Source: Acidobacteriota bacterium (GTDB lineage Bacteria; Acidobacteriota; Blastocatellia; RBC074). From it: a stretch of 38,649 nucleotides of DNA. The stretch lies in NCBI GenBank assembly GCA_031414155.1, contig JANNUY010000064.1, forward strand, positions 1 through 38,649. The letters are read 5' to 3'. Shown one piece after another: positions 8,500 through 16,409 of the stretch. The notes below the pieces were generated by a model. It did not search any database and was not told the origin of the DNA. It saw only the letters and a program-made list of their open reading frames with translations. The translations under genes were made by a program, and so were the position numbers. Each line of letters starts with the position of its first letter. Within the stretch, counting starts at the first letter, position 1.

Positions 8500-9260
8500 T
8501 ACGCTTTTCCCCGCGCTTCTCCGTATGGCGAGCGTCCGTTTGCGTAAGCTGGCATGTAAGCCTCGGTGTAGCGATTGTTGCGCTGTTCGCGCGTTTGCAA
8601 TTTCGCATCGAGCCGCGCGCGTACGACGGCGGGCAGTTCGCCGCGCACCTCATCAATCCATTCTTCGGCCATCGCTTCCGCAGTGATTTCGGCAATCAGC
8701 GTTTTAGTGGCGACCATGGTCGGATGCAGCAACGCATCGCGGCGCGCATTGGTTTTGAATTCAGCGCGTTCGCCGCGTTCACGTCGTTCGAGCGATTGGC
8801 GGCGGGCTTCGGGGTCTTGCGATTGCAACCAGATGCCGAGGCCCATCACCGCGACGGGGACGACGACCATGCCCCAACGCAGATATTCCATCAGGTAAGG
8901 GTTCAATTCAGCGCCAGCCATCTGTTGTGCGAAATGGCAGACGACGTTGATGGCAATGACGGCGAAAAGGCCGAGAATGCCTACTATCGCCGTGTTGATT
9001 TCGCGTTGCGTTTCATAGGTCGTCATCAGCCCTTTACGCAAAAGCAGAAGGACTCTTTCAATTGCGTAAACATACAACGTAGCGAGAACGGTGCGCAGCA
9101 CTGTGTGACGGCCAGGAAAAAGCGAGTAAACAAGCACCCACGAGGCAATGCCGCAAAAAACGGCAATGCCGAGAATGGTGCGATCCCAGGCTTCGCGGTG
9201 TTCTTTGCGCGTAACGTCGTCCATGACTTCGGCGGTAGTGGTTGGTTCTTTTGCTGACAT
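8499..9260 (-). CDS. hypothetical integral membrane protein (253 aa, about 4 TM) with a charged helical C-terminal tail
   Basis: AAGGAG lies upstream of ATG 9260. There are four hydrophobic helices, followed by QSQDPEARRQSLERRERGERAEFK... I recognise no family. Confidence 0.6.
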   Translation of the reverse strand: MSAKEPTTTAEVMDDVTRKEHREAWDRTILGIAVFCGIASWVLVYSLFPGRHTVLRTVLATLYVYAIERVLLLLRKGLMTTYETQREINTAIVGILGLFAVIAINVVCHFAQQMAGAELNPYLMEYLRWGMVVVPVAVMGLGIWLQSQDPEARRQSLERRERGERAEFKTNARRDALLHPTMVATKTLIAEITAEAMAEEWIDEVRGELPAVVRARLDAKLQTREQRNNRYTEAYMPAYANGRSPYGEARGKA

Positions 9261-9399
9261 GATTGATCTCCTTAATGATTGACCTTTTAGAGCGCAGGCG
9301 ACGTCAGTCGTGGTAATGGTTACGTGAGTTCGTGTGATTGCGCGACTAACGTCCCCTGCATCCCTAACTTATAAAACGTGGTTCGAGAGAAGATGGAAA

Positions 9400-10224
9400 C
9401 TAAGCCGCTGCCGCCAGACTGGCGTAACGGGTTTCGAGTTGTTGTACCAATGAGAAAGTCGCGCCCTGCGGATCGCTCAACACCGCGCACCGTCCCAAGC
9501 CGGAATAATTTGTCGGAGCGGTTTTGAGTTGCGCGCCCAATGTCATGGCGCGCTTGACGCTGCGGTCGCAATCTTCGACAGCGAAATAAGCTCGCCAATG
9601 CGAAGAGGCCGTTGCGCCTTCGTGTTTTTGCTCAAGCGGAATGAGTCCGCCCGAAGGGGTTTCGCTGCGTTTGGGTTTGAATTTAGTGTAAACGCGCGCT
9701 CCGGCACTGACGGTTTGCACCTGCCAGCCAAAGAGTTCGCTGTAAAACTGCTTGGCCGTATCGCAATCGCTGGTAACGAGTTCCTGCCAAGCCAGCGAAC
9801 CCGATTCGTTGACGATTTCGGCGCCGATGTGATCAAGCGCCTGCCACAGCGCAATGCGCGCGCCCGTGGGGTCTTCGATAGCGGCAATGCGGCCTATGTC
9901 TTCGATGTCGCGCGGTTCGATCAACACCTTGCCGCCCAGCGTGACCGCGTGTTGCGTCGTCTTGTTCACGTCCGGCGTGGCGACATATAACTGCCACGCG
10001 GGCGAAAACTCAGGAGGTGCTTCTTCTTCAAAGACCTCATAAACCGCGCCAATATCTTTGCCGTGCAATTGCAACATCGTGTAACAGTTGCCTTTGCCGA
10101 CGGGCATAAAGCTGCGCCGCCAGCCGAACATTTCTCCATAAAACCTGCTGGCTGCCGATGCGTTGGTCGTACCCAATTCGATCCAACAAAACGTGCCTGC
10201 AACGTGTTTCGTGATTTCCGCCAT
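9400..10224 (-). CDS. tandem two-domain VOC family protein
   Basis: Two repeats of the VOC module: FCWIELGTTNASAASRFYGEMFGW...IEDPTGARIALWQ and LAWQELVTSDCDTAKQFYSELFGW...LSDPQGATFSLVQ. AAAGGAGAG lies upstream. Confidence 0.75.
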   Translation of the reverse strand: MAEITKHVAGTFCWIELGTTNASAASRFYGEMFGWRRSFMPVGKGNCYTMLQLHGKDIGAVYEVFEEEAPPEFSPAWQLYVATPDVNKTTQHAVTLGGKVLIEPRDIEDIGRIAAIEDPTGARIALWQALDHIGAEIVNESGSLAWQELVTSDCDTAKQFYSELFGWQVQTVSAGARVYTKFKPKRSETPSGGLIPLEQKHEGATASSHWRAYFAVEDCDRSVKRAMTLGAQLKTAPTNYSGLGRCAVLSDPQGATFSLVQQLETRYASLAAAA

Positions 10225-10985
10225 GATTTTGCTCTCCTTTGCTCTGCGAATTTATGCTTCTGCGATTTGTACTTGTGCCGTTGGCGAAAAAGTTTGTTTT
10301 TGTCTCGTCAACGAAACATTGGCGATCTAGAAAACCTGAAGCACGGATTGCCGAGCATGGGCTGGAACTGACTGCTGTCGCGTGCGACAAGCTGGCAACA
10401 ACAGTCAATCCATCACCCAGGCTGAGGCATGTGCGGTGGTGCTTCAGGGGGGGAAGGGCGTTAGCCGGTTTTCAATGCGCTTCGTCGTGCGCAGTATCCC
10501 AAGCTGAATCGCGCAACGAAACATATAGATAATATGCAATGTTTACAGAGCATTAAGCCGCTTTAGCCTAAAGCTATCGCCGCGTACTTTCCCGCTCGAC
10601 CGTGCGGCCTTGTGAGAAAAACCCTGAACGCACAACGTCACTGCGATTAAGCGATCAGTCGCTTTCTCGACTTACGCTGACGTTGTTAAATTGCTGTGTT
10701 GTAAAAGTTGGTGCAACTGATTCCTACGGCGAATTGCTTTTTTGCTTTGCGTTTCGTTCGTGAAACAGTGAGCGCATACTACGCCAGCTTTGAGATGTAG
10801 GCAAGGGGTTTTTTAAGAAAATTTTCGTCAATGCAACAGTCGGTAGCAGCGAAGGTGATGTGCGTAAGAAGTACGGCAGGGAAGGCTTCTCATCGGCGAG
10901 GTGCGATGCTTGCGCCTGTTTATTCGCTGACAGTATGATGCGCGCACTTGTGACAGCTAGGGTTTACCGATAGGGCTAACAACAA

Positions 10986-12731
10986 ATGTTCTGCGCTACG
11001 TGCAATCTGGAATATCCCGATCACCTCAACTTCTGTCGGCGTTGCGGTCAGACACTGGTGCGCGCATTAGGCGAACGCGCGACGGAGTCGGTCTGCTGCA
11101 CACGTTGCGGCGCGCGCGTCATTCACGGAGAAAAGTTCTGCCAGCATTGCGGCACGCGCGTGGGAAGCGCAGGGCAGGAAACCGTCGTAGGCATTTGCCA
11201 GAACTGCAACACTTATTGGCGCAGCGGCTGGCAATACTGCAAAAGCTGTGGCGTAGACAGCGAGCAAGCCTTGCAACCCAATGCGACTCCGACCCACCAG
11301 CAAAACGTAGCCAAGCGAAATACGCTCGAAACCGAACTGCCTGACACGCGTATTCCATGCCCTTATTGCGAAGCTGCCACGCAGCCGTTCTCGTTGTTTT
11401 GCGATAACTGCGGCATGCGCTTGGCGACGGAAACGCCGAAAGAGTCCGCCGCGATAAAAGCTAAAGAGGCAGTGAAAGCCCCGCTGATGGTTGAGCCTGA
11501 AGGCGATGATTCGCTCAGTCGTTTAGACGATTTGTTGCTTGATGATCCATTGGACGAAGGAAGCAAAAAGCCATCGCCATCCGTTTCGACAAGCGCAGTA
11601 GCTCCATCCGGCGTCGTGGCTGAACTCCCTCGAACAGCGTCACCGCTACGTTTGGTCGAGAAGCCGCGCGAGACGGAATTTCTTTCCGCACCCAGTCAGG
11701 TTACGGTCTTGCCGATAGCGCGCGCCGAAGCGAATACTCAAACGACGGATGCAGAGGTGCCAAAGCCACAATCGTGGCGCGCGGCGGTGATTCCGCCATC
11801 GGTAGATATAGAAACAGAAACGCCGCCAAGTTATCCGGTAAACAATCCGGCCAAGCCTACCAAGCCCGCTACGCAACCGCTCTCGCTTTTTGTGGGCGAA
11901 GCAGGCCTTTCGCGTCGTTCGGGTTGGCACGTTCCGCTATGGCTCGGCGGCGTATTGCTCAGTTCGTTTTTGCTCGTTGGTATTTGGAAAAAAGCGCAAC
12001 CCGCTAATCCTGTTTCAACCAGCGGTGCGCCTAAATCCGTCAACCAGCCACCGATTAACAGTACGCCAGTGACGCCCGTTGGAATGGTTTATGTGCCCGG
12101 CGGAAAGTTCGAGATGGGGCGGAACGATGGCACGCCGACGGAGCGTCCGTCACGCACGATAGAACTAAAGCCTTTTTTTCTCGACCGCACCGAAGTCACC
12201 AATCAACAATATCTGGCTTTTGTCGAAGCTACGGGACGGGTTGCGCCGAGCCACTGGCGCGGGGGCAAACCGCTGCCCGGCGATGCGAATTTGCCGGTCG
12301 TGAATGTGGCTTGGGAAGAAGCCAGCGACTTTGCACTGTGGGCAAGCAAGCGTTTGCCGACGGAAGAAGAGTGGGAATTTGCCGCGCGCAGCACGGACGG
12401 ACGCCTTTACCCATGGGGCAATACGTGGGAGCCTAGCTTCGCCAATACGGCACAGAGCCAAACTGGCAAAATCGTCGAGGTCGGGCGCAATCTCGCGGGA
12501 ACCAGCCCTTACGGCGTAGTGGATATGTGTGGCAATGTTTGGGAATGGACTTCCAGCCAGTTGCGCGCTTACGGCACGCCGCAGGAGTTGCTGGAAGAAG
12601 GCGTGATGGTGATTCGCGGCGGAGCGTTTGATTCGCCGAAAGATTACGCGACTACGACTTATCGGGGCGCGGTGAAAACAGGCAAACCTTATCCCAAAAC
12701 CGGATTTCGGTGCGCTAAAGACCTTCCTTGA
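10986..12731 (+). CDS. membrane protein: 4 N-terminal zinc ribbons, disordered linker, 1 TM, C-terminal FGE-sulfatase (SUMF1/EgtB/PvdO-type) domain
   Basis: There are four CxxC...CxxC units (CATC..CRRC, CTRC..CQHC, CQNC..CKSC, CPYC..CDNC). The TM helix is WHVPLWLGGVLLSSFLLVGIW. The FGE-like blocks are MVYVPGGKFEMG, TEVTNQQY, LPTEEEWEFAAR, YPWGN, DMCGNVWEWT and IRGGAF. Confidence 0.8.
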   Translation: MFCATCNLEYPDHLNFCRRCGQTLVRALGERATESVCCTRCGARVIHGEKFCQHCGTRVGSAGQETVVGICQNCNTYWRSGWQYCKSCGVDSEQALQPNATPTHQQNVAKRNTLETELPDTRIPCPYCEAATQPFSLFCDNCGMRLATETPKESAAIKAKEAVKAPLMVEPEGDDSLSRLDDLLLDDPLDEGSKKPSPSVSTSAVAPSGVVAELPRTASPLRLVEKPRETEFLSAPSQVTVLPIARAEANTQTTDAEVPKPQSWRAAVIPPSVDIETETPPSYPVNNPAKPTKPATQPLSLFVGEAGLSRRSGWHVPLWLGGVLLSSFLLVGIWKKAQPANPVSTSGAPKSVNQPPINSTPVTPVGMVYVPGGKFEMGRNDGTPTERPSRTIELKPFFLDRTEVTNQQYLAFVEATGRVAPSHWRGGKPLPGDANLPVVNVAWEEASDFALWASKRLPTEEEWEFAARSTDGRLYPWGNTWEPSFANTAQSQTGKIVEVGRNLAGTSPYGVVDMCGNVWEWTSSQLRAYGTPQELLEEGVMVIRGGAFDSPKDYATTTYRGAVKTGKPYPKTGFRCAKDLP

Positions 12732-14125
12732 ATCTATCTTCCCCCTTTATCGTGAAAGCCATGCTGAATCGTCAATTATTCATTTTTGTTTTGGTGATTG
12801 GTTGCTGCTGCGCGGCTTATGCGCAAGATGCCGCCGGACGCGACACCGATAAAAAGGTTCCGGTCAAAGCGGCGACGCCTAAGCCTGCGCCAGTTAAGAC
12901 CGCAGTTATCCCCAAGCCTGCGGTGCCTAAGCCTTTGAAAGCTGCGGCGAAACCCAACGTCGTGAAAAAAACGAATCCAGCTAAAGTCGTCGTTAGCAAG
13001 CCGGTCGCTGCGCCAGTGAAGAAGACTTCGCCGCTTGCACCTGCGCCGATGGCGTCGCGCGTCACGTTGACGGCAGTGCCCAATGCGCAAATCGAACTCG
13101 CCGGAAAGATGAGCGGCGTCGCTGGGCCAGACGGCAAGCTGGTTTTGAATGAAGTTCCGCTCGGCGTTCATTCGCTCAAAGTTACGGCTGAAGGTTACGA
13201 ACCGTGGAGCGGTTCGTTAGAAGCCAAAACTGCCGTTACTGATTTCAGCGTTTCGCTCAAGCGGCGCGCAACTACAGGCACGTTGCTCATCACCGTCAAT
13301 CAACCCGGCGTAGACGTTTTCATCAACGACAAGCTAAGCGTGAAAAGCGTCGCGGGGCGTTCGATCACTGTCGAAGGAATGTTGCCCGGTACGCATCAAC
13401 TGCGCGCAGTCAAAGCAGGCTTCAAAGAATGGCGCAGCGTAGTTAAAGTCAACGTCGCTGAAACTCGCCCCGTTGAAATCGTGATGGTCGCGGGTATCAG
13501 CCCTGAGATGGTGCGCGTGGCTGCGGGCGAATTCACGATGGGCAATGACAAAGGGCCGAAAGATTCCAGCCCGGCGCATCCGGTATCGCTCGGTGAATTT
13601 GAAATCTCGCGCCGCGAAATTTCGAATCAGTTTTATAAAACCTTTCTTGACGCAACGAATCACGCTGCTCCGAACTCGCAACTTTCCGGGTGGCAAGGGC
13701 GCGACTTCCCGGCTGGCAAAGCCGATGCACCTATGGTTGGTGTTACGTGGGAAGATGCGCAGGCTTTTTGCAAATGGCTTTCGCGCGAGGCGGGTGGCAC
13801 GTATCGTTTGCCCTCCGAAGCGGAATGGGAGCGTGCAACCCGCGTCGTCGGAAGCATTAGTTTATTGGTCGGCGTGACTTGGGAATGGTGTCAGGATTGG
13901 TACGACCCGGAATATTATCAGCGTAAGGATCGGCTGAGTCCGCAAGGGCCAGCACTCAGGCCATCTATCAGCAAAGACAAAACGCCTGCGGGTCGTGTTA
14001 TTCGTGGAGCGGCGAGTTCTGCCAGCGGACGCGCTTTGCGGGCTTTTGAAAGAAACGCTGCGCCTCCTGAACAAGGACGCGGCGATATTGGTTTTCGCGT
14101 AGTTCGTGAACCGTCAAGCCGCTGA
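12728..14125 (+). CDS. signal-anchored protein: Pro/Lys/Ala/Val-rich linker, two PEGA-like domains, C-terminal FGE-sulfatase-like domain (internally shortened)
   Basis: The TTG start at 12728 overlaps the upstream TGA; the alternative ATG is at 12761. PEGA-like segments are LKVTAEGYEPWSGSLEA and HQLRAVKAGFKEWRSVVKV. FGE-like blocks are MVRVAAGEFTMG, REISNQFY, LPSEAEWERA, VTWEWCQDWY, VIRGA and IGFRVV. Confidence 0.8.
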   Translation: MNLSSPFIVKAMLNRQLFIFVLVIGCCCAAYAQDAAGRDTDKKVPVKAATPKPAPVKTAVIPKPAVPKPLKAAAKPNVVKKTNPAKVVVSKPVAAPVKKTSPLAPAPMASRVTLTAVPNAQIELAGKMSGVAGPDGKLVLNEVPLGVHSLKVTAEGYEPWSGSLEAKTAVTDFSVSLKRRATTGTLLITVNQPGVDVFINDKLSVKSVAGRSITVEGMLPGTHQLRAVKAGFKEWRSVVKVNVAETRPVEIVMVAGISPEMVRVAAGEFTMGNDKGPKDSSPAHPVSLGEFEISRREISNQFYKTFLDATNHAAPNSQLSGWQGRDFPAGKADAPMVGVTWEDAQAFCKWLSREAGGTYRLPSEAEWERATRVVGSISLLVGVTWEWCQDWYDPEYYQRKDRLSPQGPALRPSISKDKTPAGRVIRGAASSASGRALRAFERNAAPPEQGRGDIGFRVVREPSSR

Positions 14126-14140
14126 CGAAACGCGGACGAA

Positions 14141-15184
14141 TTAAGACTCAGCACTCATCACTACTTCATCCGAAACAGCTTCTACCGGCGCGTGATGCGG
14201 ACGTTGACCGATGTGTGCGGGCAAACCGCTGAACGGGCTTTGCGGCGCGCGCCAATTATCTACCACGGCAACTTGTTGAACACAGGCGATGGTGCAGAAT
14301 TTGGCGCAGGGCTTTTCGGTATAAAACTCAGCTTCGATGTGTTCGGTCGTATATTCCGCCAGCGGAATTCCCGGATAACCGCGCTGTTGCGAGCAGTAAT
14401 GCACGAGGCCATCTTCGCAAATATAGAGGTAACGCGCGCCCGCACGGCAACGCCAGTTATTCTCGCGGCCTGCCGCCAGATTGTCTTGAAACTGATTCAG
14501 CCAGCCGAATTTCTTTTTCCCGAAACGACGCAGTTGTTGATAAACCTCGGCCTCTTTGCCGCTCAACGGTTTCAACTGTCCGCCGCCGTCATGAATGATT
14601 CCGAGGGTTGAGCCGAAGCCGAATTCAACCGCGCGTTTGGCCACGGTCAGCGCGTCTTCAGGATTCTTGATGCCTCCGCCGATGACCGAATTGATGTTGA
14701 TATGAAACTTGGCGTATTTCGACAGGTTCGGCAGATAGCGGCCTTCCAATACCTTCAAACTCTTTTGCGAAACCTTGTCGGGCGTGACGTTATCAATGCT
14801 GATTTGCAGGTATTCAAGCCCGGCATCGTTGAGCTTTTCGACATTCTCGCGGGTCATGTAATAGCCGTTGCTGATGAGTCCGGCGATCATGCCGTGCGAG
14901 CGTATGTGCGCGATGATTTCGAAAATTTGCGGATGCAACAGCGGTTCGCCGCCGCTGATCGTAATCGCCGCCGTGCCGAACGAAGCCAGCCGGTCGAGGC
15001 GACGTTTCATTTCTTCAAGCGGTACGGGGTCGGAAGTTTTGTCATATTCGTTGCAATAGCCGCAGGCCAGATTGCAACGGCGCATCGGAATGACGTGCGC
15101 CAATAAAGGGTGTTTGGTCGAAGCGAGAGCTTTGGTTACGAACTTCGCCTCGCGTAATGCTCTGGATGTTTTGCTGCTTGCCAT
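14141..15184 (-). CDS. radical SAM enzyme with a Cys-rich (SPASM/twitch-like) C-terminal region, unknown substrate
   Basis: CNLACGYC (CxxxCxxC) at the N-terminus and GGEPLLHP. The C-terminal about 60 aa carries six Cys ([24 protein letters not shown]). Confidence 0.85.
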   Translation of the reverse strand: MASSKTSRALREAKFVTKALASTKHPLLAHVIPMRRCNLACGYCNEYDKTSDPVPLEEMKRRLDRLASFGTAAITISGGEPLLHPQIFEIIAHIRSHGMIAGLISNGYYMTRENVEKLNDAGLEYLQISIDNVTPDKVSQKSLKVLEGRYLPNLSKYAKFHININSVIGGGIKNPEDALTVAKRAVEFGFGSTLGIIHDGGGQLKPLSGKEAEVYQQLRRFGKKKFGWLNQFQDNLAAGRENNWRCRAGARYLYICEDGLVHYCSQQRGYPGIPLAEYTTEHIEAEFYTEKPCAKFCTIACVQQVAVVDNWRAPQSPFSGLPAHIGQRPHHAPVEAVSDEVVMSAES

Positions 15185-15337
15185 TGAGATTGAAATGGAT
15201 AAAACCGTTCGTGGCAGAAACGCTCATCGCTTCTGCTTTCTGTTATGAATTATGCGTTGATGGGTTACGAAATAAGGCGCGCATTATGGCAGATGAGCAA
15301 AAAGGCGGCAAAGGCTGCAGATTGTCACATTGCACGC

Positions 15338-15381
15338 AAAAAGGGAGCGCGTTGGTGGTTAAACCAGCGCGCTCCCTTTTT
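15338..15381. terminator. strong bidirectional rho-independent terminator
   Basis: aaaaaGGGAGCGCGttggt-ggttaa-accaGCGCGCTCCCttttt. A-run and T-run flank a GC-rich stem. It lies directly downstream of the LolA-like gene (stop at 15405) on the minus strand. Confidence 0.8.
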
Positions 15382-15404
15382 ACGATTCGCGTTTTTTGTG
15401 GCGG

Positions 15405-16109
15405 TTACATCTTATCTACGATCTTGACGCCGCCGGGCAGCTTCACGTCGAACTCGCCATCGTTGATCGCTACGTTTTGTTGCGGATTGGTCAGCTTGAA
15501 TACTGTGTAATCGCCGTTGCGTTCGTTGAATTTTTGCATCAACGGAAAACCAACATTGCTAATCCACATTTCAATATTGGTTAAGCCGCCGCGCGTTTTG
15601 GGCGTGAAGCGCAAATGCGTTGCACTTTGCCCGTCAACGTTTTCATCGCCAAGAACCTCAATATCGTATTGACTCACCAGCGTTTTCACCGAACTGTCCA
15701 GCCCGATTAGTTGGCCGTAACCGCCGACTCGGCCTTTCGCGGCTTCAGCGACTGACTTCTTGAACGCCTGATTGAGCTTCGGTTGATAGAACAAAAAACT
15801 GTCGCCGTTGACGGACACCGTGTTGTTAGAAGGTTTGGTGTAATCAAGCCGGAACTTGCCTTTGGCTTTGCCTACGCCGGGCTTGTAAATCAACGTGCCC
15901 ATGTCTTTATCTTTCGTACCGATTTGGGCGTTGACTTTTTCCTGCACGAAGCCTGCTTTGAGGCTGCGTAAGTCTTTATGCATCTTCTCCATTTTTGCCA
16001 GTATGCCTGTCAGTAATTGGGGACTAGCATTGGCATCTGCGCGGCGAATGGTTCCTGTGAGGGAAACCAGTAAGGCCACGCTCAGTGCCAAAATCATCGT
16101 TCGTTTCAT
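15405..16109 (-). CDS. LolA-like outer-membrane lipoprotein carrier/sorting family protein
   Basis: Signal peptide MKRTMILALSVALLVSLTG. The pattern LRSLKAGFVQEK...GTLIYKPG...FRLDY...NGDSFLFYQP matches the LolA family. ACGGAG lies upstream. Confidence 0.7.
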   Translation of the reverse strand: MKRTMILALSVALLVSLTGTIRRADANASPQLLTGILAKMEKMHKDLRSLKAGFVQEKVNAQIGTKDKDMGTLIYKPGVGKAKGKFRLDYTKPSNNTVSVNGDSFLFYQPKLNQAFKKSVAEAAKGRVGGYGQLIGLDSSVKTLVSQYDIEVLGDENVDGQSATHLRFTPKTRGGLTNIEMWISNVGFPLMQKFNERNGDYTVFKLTNPQQNVAINDGEFDVKLPGGVKIVDKM

Positions 16110-16154
16110 ATTTACTCCGTAAAACTCCGTCAGAAAAATCTATCGCCTTTGTGT

Positions 16155-16196
16155 GGTCACTTCAGCTTCTCAAAAATGCTCCAGGCTGAAGTGACC
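16155..16196. other. 12-bp perfect stem-loop inside the operon (between the small ORF and the LolA-like gene)
   Basis: ggtcacttcagc (16155..16166) pairs with gctgaagtgacc (16185..16196), with an 18-nt loop and no adjacent U-run on the minus strand. Confidence 0.4.
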
Positions 16197-16253
16197 GAAC
16201 TTATAAATTCATTTCAAAATTCCCTCAACCATCATCTGCACCACGTTGTCAGC

Positions 16254-16379
16254 TTAGGGCAGCAACTTGTGTTCCGGCCAGAGCAACAAGGCCAAAACGA
16301 TTAGCAAACACAGTACGTCATATTGCCACGTACCGCGTCCGTGCCCCCACAATAAAATATTTTTAAGCGACTGGTTCAT
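16254..16379 (-). CDS. candidate small membrane protein (41 aa), below the ORF-track size cutoff
   Basis: Hand translation gives MNQSLKNILLWGHGRGTWQYDVLCLLIVLALLLWPEHKLLP. AAGGA lies about 7 nt upstream of the ATG. The ORF starts 30 nt after the ABC ATPase stop and contains one hydrophobic helix. Confidence 0.35.
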   Translation of the reverse strand: MNQSLKNILLWGHGRGTWQYDVLCLLIVLALLLWPEHKLLP

Positions 16380-16409
16380 TTCTGTGTCCTTATCGTTAAT
16401 CGTTAACCT

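Noticed and set aside
8595-9257. 220-aa plus-strand ORF, plus 8575..8898 on the plus strand
   Set aside because: It is antisense to the 253-aa membrane protein gene. That gene has a good RBS, clear TM-helix periodicity and translational coupling to the next gene. The plus-frame products look like shadow frames.
15042-15227. 61-aa minus-strand ORF starting 43 nt upstream of the radical SAM gene, considered as a RiPP precursor. I also considered a 13-codon ORF (MRALFRNPSTHNS) further upstream.
   Set aside because: The 61-aa ORF overlaps the rSAM coding sequence out of frame for about 140 nt. It has no RBS and no Cys/Ser/Gly-rich core. The 13-aa ORF has no supporting signal. Neither is credible without conservation data.
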